From NCBI GenBank assembly GCA_946628755.1, contig CAMOWX010000001.1:1469-65468 (forward strand): DNA of 64,000 nucleotides, given 5' to 3'. A program made the position numbers and the translations under genes. This DNA comes from an uncultured Clostridia bacterium. GTDB lineage: Bacteria; Bacillota; Clostridia; Saccharofermentanales; Saccharofermentanaceae. Below, one piece after another: positions 59,991-64,000 of the stretch (its first letter is position 1; each line of letters starts with the position of its first letter). The notes under the pieces are model-generated. The model was not told the origin of the DNA and did not search any database. It saw only the letters and a program-made list of their open reading frames with translations.

Positions 59991-61277
59991 ATGTCTGGAA
60001 TTTTAGATGTTTTTAAGGGTAAATCAGATGGAAGATTTGGTACTCCGGCGGTTGGAATGTCGATGTCCGGAGCCGGCTCAACGGGGATGAGCAGCGGGAA
60101 CAGCAAGGCTGAGGACCGCAATATAGCTGCAATCGGATCACCGGCAGCCAATCTGGCAAGAGAGCGTGCAGCTGCTGCCAAAGCTCAGATCGAGATGCGT
60201 AAAGCAATGGAAGAATCACGCAAGCCGGGCGATGATAAGGATCAGATTAGCGATGATAAGAAGACAGATTCTACTCCGCCTATCGGATTGAAAGCTCCCA
60301 TTAAGAGACCGCCATCTGCTTCTATTAACCGTGCGAAAGCACTTGCGGCACAGCAGCAGTCTTCCGAGCAGCGTCCCGGTTCGGCGGCTGTCAGGCCGGG
60401 TAACACGTCTGAGCAGGATCAGATTACCGGAAGCAAGGGAAGGTCACCTGCGACAATAGCAGTTGAAGAAGCCAGGAGAGAGTTCAATCAGGCAAGATTT
60501 AAGTCGAGCCGTGCAACAAAGGAAGCTGAAGATGCAGCTGCCAAGGCAGAGGAAGCACGTCTTGCAGTTGCTAAGGCGAGCGAAGTCAGGGAAACTGCCA
60601 TCCGTACGGAGGAGGAAGCGGGCAGAGCATGCCAGATAGCCGAAGAGGATTACAATACTTCTCTTAAGATAGCTCAGGAGGCAAAAGAAGAGGCTGAGAA
60701 GGCTGAGGAGATCGCCAAGGCTGCAGCGCAGAAGGCTAATGAGCTGATCATGGAAGCAACTAAGAAACAGACTGACTTCGAGGCAAAGATAGAAGCATAT
60801 AAGGCCGGTGAGAGTGCCCGCATTGCAGCTGAGAAAGCCGAAGAGGAAGCAAAGGCGAAGGCTACTGTTGCTGATGAAGAGGCTGCCAATACGGCAAAGC
60901 TTGCTGACGAGGCAAAGGCTGCCGCCGATGCTGCAGAAGCTGCACTTGAGGATGCCAATAAGAAGAAACTCGAAGAAGACGAGCGTATAGCTGCCGAGAA
61001 GGCTGAGGAGGCTGCCAAGAAAGCAGCTGCAGAGGCAAGGGAACGTGCTGCAGAAGCATCCAGGAGAGCTGAGGAATTACTGGCGGCTGCACGTAAAGCT
61101 GAGGAAGAGGCAAAAGCCGCTGCTGAGAAGGCTGCTGAGGAAGCACGCAAGGCTGAAGAGCTGGCACGTGAGATGGCCAGATTCGATCCTGTTGACAAAG
61201 CGCCTGCAGTAGAGAAGCAGAGCGACAGTGCGATTCTGCCTGAGATAGATAAGACAACAGAGGATAAGCTGGCTTAA
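59991..61277 (+). CDS. Ala/Glu/Lys-rich coiled-coil protein
   Basis: GAGGT SD; long A/E/K-rich helical region, no signal peptide or TM. Confidence 0.8.
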   Translation: MSGILDVFKGKSDGRFGTPAVGMSMSGAGSTGMSSGNSKAEDRNIAAIGSPAANLARERAAAAKAQIEMRKAMEESRKPGDDKDQISDDKKTDSTPPIGLKAPIKRPPSASINRAKALAAQQQSSEQRPGSAAVRPGNTSEQDQITGSKGRSPATIAVEEARREFNQARFKSSRATKEAEDAAAKAEEARLAVAKASEVRETAIRTEEEAGRACQIAEEDYNTSLKIAQEAKEEAEKAEEIAKAAAQKANELIMEATKKQTDFEAKIEAYKAGESARIAAEKAEEEAKAKATVADEEAANTAKLADEAKAAADAAEAALEDANKKKLEEDERIAAEKAEEAAKKAAAEARERAAEASRRAEELLAAARKAEEEAKAAAEKAAEEARKAEELAREMARFDPVDKAPAVEKQSDSAILPEIDKTTEDKLA

Positions 61278-61376
61278 GCGTCTGGACAAATTAATTAGCT
61301 GCTATTGCAATCGGGACGGAGCTTTCGCATATAGAATGCATAAATGAGTCCAGACTGAGGCTATTTACAAAAATAC

Positions 61377-61406
61377 TTGCTTTTATCTGCTTCTTTTTGC
61401 TACAAT
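61377..61406 (+). promoter_or_regulatory. Sigma-A promoter for the small peptide gene
   Basis: TTGCTT-N18-TACAAT with extended -10 TG. Confidence 0.55.
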
Positions 61407-61436
61407 TAAGCAGTAATCGTGCTATTATTGGAGGTA

Positions 61437-61571
61437 ATGATGATGATTAAGTCTGAATATGAATCGCTCGATCTTGAGATAATTGCTTTCGAGGGGCAGG
61501 ATGTCATTACGATTAGTTGTACTCCGATTGAACTTGAGGAGAATGAGTTGATTCCTGTATCTACTAAATAG
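61437..61571 (+). CDS. Small acidic peptide (42-44 aa), RiPP-precursor-like; absent from the ORF track
   Basis: GGAGG at 61430-61434; MMMIKSEYESLDLEIIAFEGQDVITISCTPIELEENELIPVSTK; own promoter and terminator. Confidence 0.75.
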   Translation: MMMIKSEYESLDLEIIAFEGQDVITISCTPIELEENELIPVSTK

Positions 61572-61606
61572 ACACATAAGTGAATACAGTCAATATGTAA
61601 TTTCTG

Positions 61607-61636
61607 CTCACCATGGCGACCCGTGGTGAGTTTTTT
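61607..61636 (+). terminator. Rho-independent terminator
   Basis: CTCACCATGG-CGAC-CCGTGGTGAG stem-loop followed by TTTTTT. Confidence 0.85.
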
Positions 61637-61699
61637 ATGTGCAACATTACGCTGATTTGAGTTGTATATAAGGTATAGACGGGAGAAGGAGGCTTTTGT

Positions 61700-62518
61700 A
61701 TGGCAGGCAGGATCAATATAAAAATCGTGTGTTTATTGCTGGTATCGACATTTACTGCCGGCATTTGTGCCGGGTGTAGCAAAGAGAATACTCAGAGTTC
61801 CGGAACATCAGTAACAGGCGCAGGCGTTGACGACTCAAGTGAAGAACAGGGATATTCTCTGCCTGAACACGGTACTGTGGCGGGGGTAGAATATACTGTT
61901 TACAACGAGGGACATAATAACGGCAAGGAGAAGAGGGGGTACTTTATTAATTCTTCCGGTCAGCCGGATGCCCCGTATTACATAATCATCAATTCCGGTG
62001 AGCGTCCGAGTGGCGGGTATGAGATCAGGATCGCCGATATATACGAAGATTCTAAAGGACAGTTTGTTATCAAGGTCACTGAGACAAGTCCTGCTCCGGG
62101 GTCATCTGTTACGGCAAATCTGACTTATCCTTGCTGCAGTCTTATGGTCAATAAGGTTCCGGACAGATTGATCGTCGTCGATGCAAACGGAAATGAGATA
62201 AATAGGGATGATGACAAACAGGTGGAGGTAACTGCTGACGGGGGATATATTGCAGTCCTCGAGGACGGCTCAGGTGAGATAATTAAGAAGACATATGTTT
62301 ACAGGACTGATGCCGGATACAGATTTGTCAATGTAACCGCTACGACAGTCAGATGGGGCTCTCCGGAGTGGAAGGAAGTCACAAACGGCAGTGGTGAAGT
62401 ATCATCAAAGGATGAGATAGTAAGTGTTGCCAAGGACCACGGTTCGTACGGATTTGTCCTCTTTGCCGGAGATAATAATGCGTATTCAGTCGAAGAATTC
62501 TTGAATAGAGAAATCTGA
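61700..62518 (+). CDS. Lipoprotein with PrcB C-terminal domain
   Basis: Lipobox CAGC; GERPSGGYEI.I...SP.PG..VT..LTYP. Confidence 0.78.
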   Translation: MAGRINIKIVCLLLVSTFTAGICAGCSKENTQSSGTSVTGAGVDDSSEEQGYSLPEHGTVAGVEYTVYNEGHNNGKEKRGYFINSSGQPDAPYYIIINSGERPSGGYEIRIADIYEDSKGQFVIKVTETSPAPGSSVTANLTYPCCSLMVNKVPDRLIVVDANGNEINRDDDKQVEVTADGGYIAVLEDGSGEIIKKTYVYRTDAGYRFVNVTATTVRWGSPEWKEVTNGSGEVSSKDEIVSVAKDHGSYGFVLFAGDNNAYSVEEFLNREI

Positions 62519-62557
62519 TTTGATACTATTGTATGTGTAAACTTCGGAAGGTGAACC

Positions 62558-63103
62558 ATGTATTTAAATAGTGCAAAGATTGCGACGTCCAGGGTGCTCA
62601 ACGGATTAATGATCGGGATAGTGTCATTTCTGACGTTTATCAATCTTCTTTTTGTTCTATTCTCTTTCTCTGATGAGGCAGTCAAGCGCGGGTTTGTGGC
62701 GCTGATATTCTGTGGCTTTTTCTCGGTCCTTGTAATAGGCGGAATTGCCGTCATAGTGTGGCGTATCAATGTAATAAGAAGATTCACCAAGGCAAGGATA
62801 TACAATTCGATAATTGAGGAAGATCATGACGGCATCATTGATTATGATACTTTTGCTTCAATGAACGGGACCGGTGTGGCCAAGGCGGTGAGTGAGATCG
62901 TCTGGTTGTACAGACACAGGTATCTCATCAACATTACGCTTGGCAGGACTGCTGTCAGGGTGGACCTGCTGTCTGATGAGAAGGAATTTGTCAAAGTGTC
63001 ATGCCCTTCATGCGGCGCGCAGGTCACGATACGCAAGAATGGCGGCGGAAGGTGTGATCATTGCGGTACTTTCATGAGAGCTAAGGGAGATGCAAATGTA
63101 TAA
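62558..63103 (+). CDS. Membrane protein with C-terminal zinc ribbon
   Basis: Two TM helices; CPSCGA...CDHCG. Confidence 0.75.
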   Translation: MYLNSAKIATSRVLNGLMIGIVSFLTFINLLFVLFSFSDEAVKRGFVALIFCGFFSVLVIGGIAVIVWRINVIRRFTKARIYNSIIEEDHDGIIDYDTFASMNGTGVAKAVSEIVWLYRHRYLINITLGRTAVRVDLLSDEKEFVKVSCPSCGAQVTIRKNGGGRCDHCGTFMRAKGDANV

Positions 63104-63659
63104 GAATACCAATAAGATATCTGTCTCGATCGTTATCTGGTCTATGCTAAGTGTCTTTGCTTTCACGATGGGATTCGTGTTTATCGGATTGTTTTTCTCT
63201 GACAATGTCACCCGATATGTTATTGTCACAAAAGCAATATACCTTTTGCTGGCTGCAGGATGCTTGTGGATCTTATTCAAATACTTCAAAAACTTATCCC
63301 ACTTCGCCCGAATCTACAAAATGAATGAACTGTTCATGGCTGATGAGGACGGATTTATCCCCCTCGCAGAACTCAGCAGGGAGATTGGTGATACAGAGAT
63401 TGATCTTCGTAAATATATTGAGTATTACATCCGTAAAGGATATCTGGTTAATCTCAATTATGATGCGTCGAGCAAGGCATTCCTTCTATCAGATAGGGTA
63501 ACTGCCCATGAATCACATCCGGGAGGCAGGCCTGAGAACAAGCCTTTTGTCGGAATTCATTGTCCGGGCTGCGCTGCCAGTCTCAAGATAAGAGTCAATA
63601 CACTTGGTAATTGCCCGTATTGCGGCAGGTCACTAATCGCTTCAGGCGAATCGAAATAA
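63090..63659 (+). CDS. Membrane protein with C-terminal zinc ribbon (paralogue of previous gene)
   Basis: Two TM helices; DEDGFI; CPGCAA...CPYCG. Confidence 0.75.
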   Translation: MQMYKNTNKISVSIVIWSMLSVFAFTMGFVFIGLFFSDNVTRYVIVTKAIYLLLAAGCLWILFKYFKNLSHFARIYKMNELFMADEDGFIPLAELSREIGDTEIDLRKYIEYYIRKGYLVNLNYDASSKAFLLSDRVTAHESHPGGRPENKPFVGIHCPGCAASLKIRVNTLGNCPYCGRSLIASGESK

Positions 63660-64000
63660 TATCACGCAGCCATACAACGGCGGGATAAATCATTATTACA
63701 ATGCAAGACGCTTTTGTACAGGTGTAACAGTGTTACATATGGCAGATATGACAGGAGGGAACAGACATTATGCTCAGGATTGTTAAATACTATTACTGAA
63801 CTTGATGCATATACCAAGCGAACCAAACTGATTTATTTCAGTAGAGGATGAATCTGATAAAATATGCAATTATATCAATGTATTGAACGGCGGTAAGTTC
63901 TACATGATATGCGGACCTGTGATCGACGTTGCACCGTCCATGCCTGTTCTGAAGTTCATATCGAGGTTCAAGAAGGGTTTTCCTAAGTCAAAATATCCGG

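Overview
A roughly 50% GC, gene-dense Clostridia (Firmicutes) chromosome segment; the surface-protein style suggests a rumen or gut Saccharofermentans/Ruminococcus-like organism (inference). All protein calls are from motif recognition by eye, with no database search. Housekeeping genes: malQ (partial), glpK, prfA, a Sua5-phosphatase fusion, a cobalamin-uptake/metF/split-metH operon, an aminotransferase-serA pair, alaS and hemW. Accessory genes: LRR surface proteins, a class B sortase pilus locus, a WYL regulator, an ABC-type ATPase plus TOPRIM pair, an EAL phosphodiesterase and transporters. No rRNA, tRNA, CRISPR array, transposase, integrase or reverse transcriptase was recognised. Most notable: (1) a palindromic 65-bp tandem repeat family at two loci (18.7 kb and 41.9 kb), one array just upstream of a stand-alone PD-(D/E)XK nuclease gene; (2) an Avd-like four-helix-bundle gene followed by a hairpin-rich non-coding stretch and a different 51-bp palindromic array; (3) five genes with an identical leaderless start layout; (4) several apparently dead or internally deleted enzymes; (5) an unannotated 44-aa RiPP-precursor-like peptide with its own promoter, RBS and terminator.
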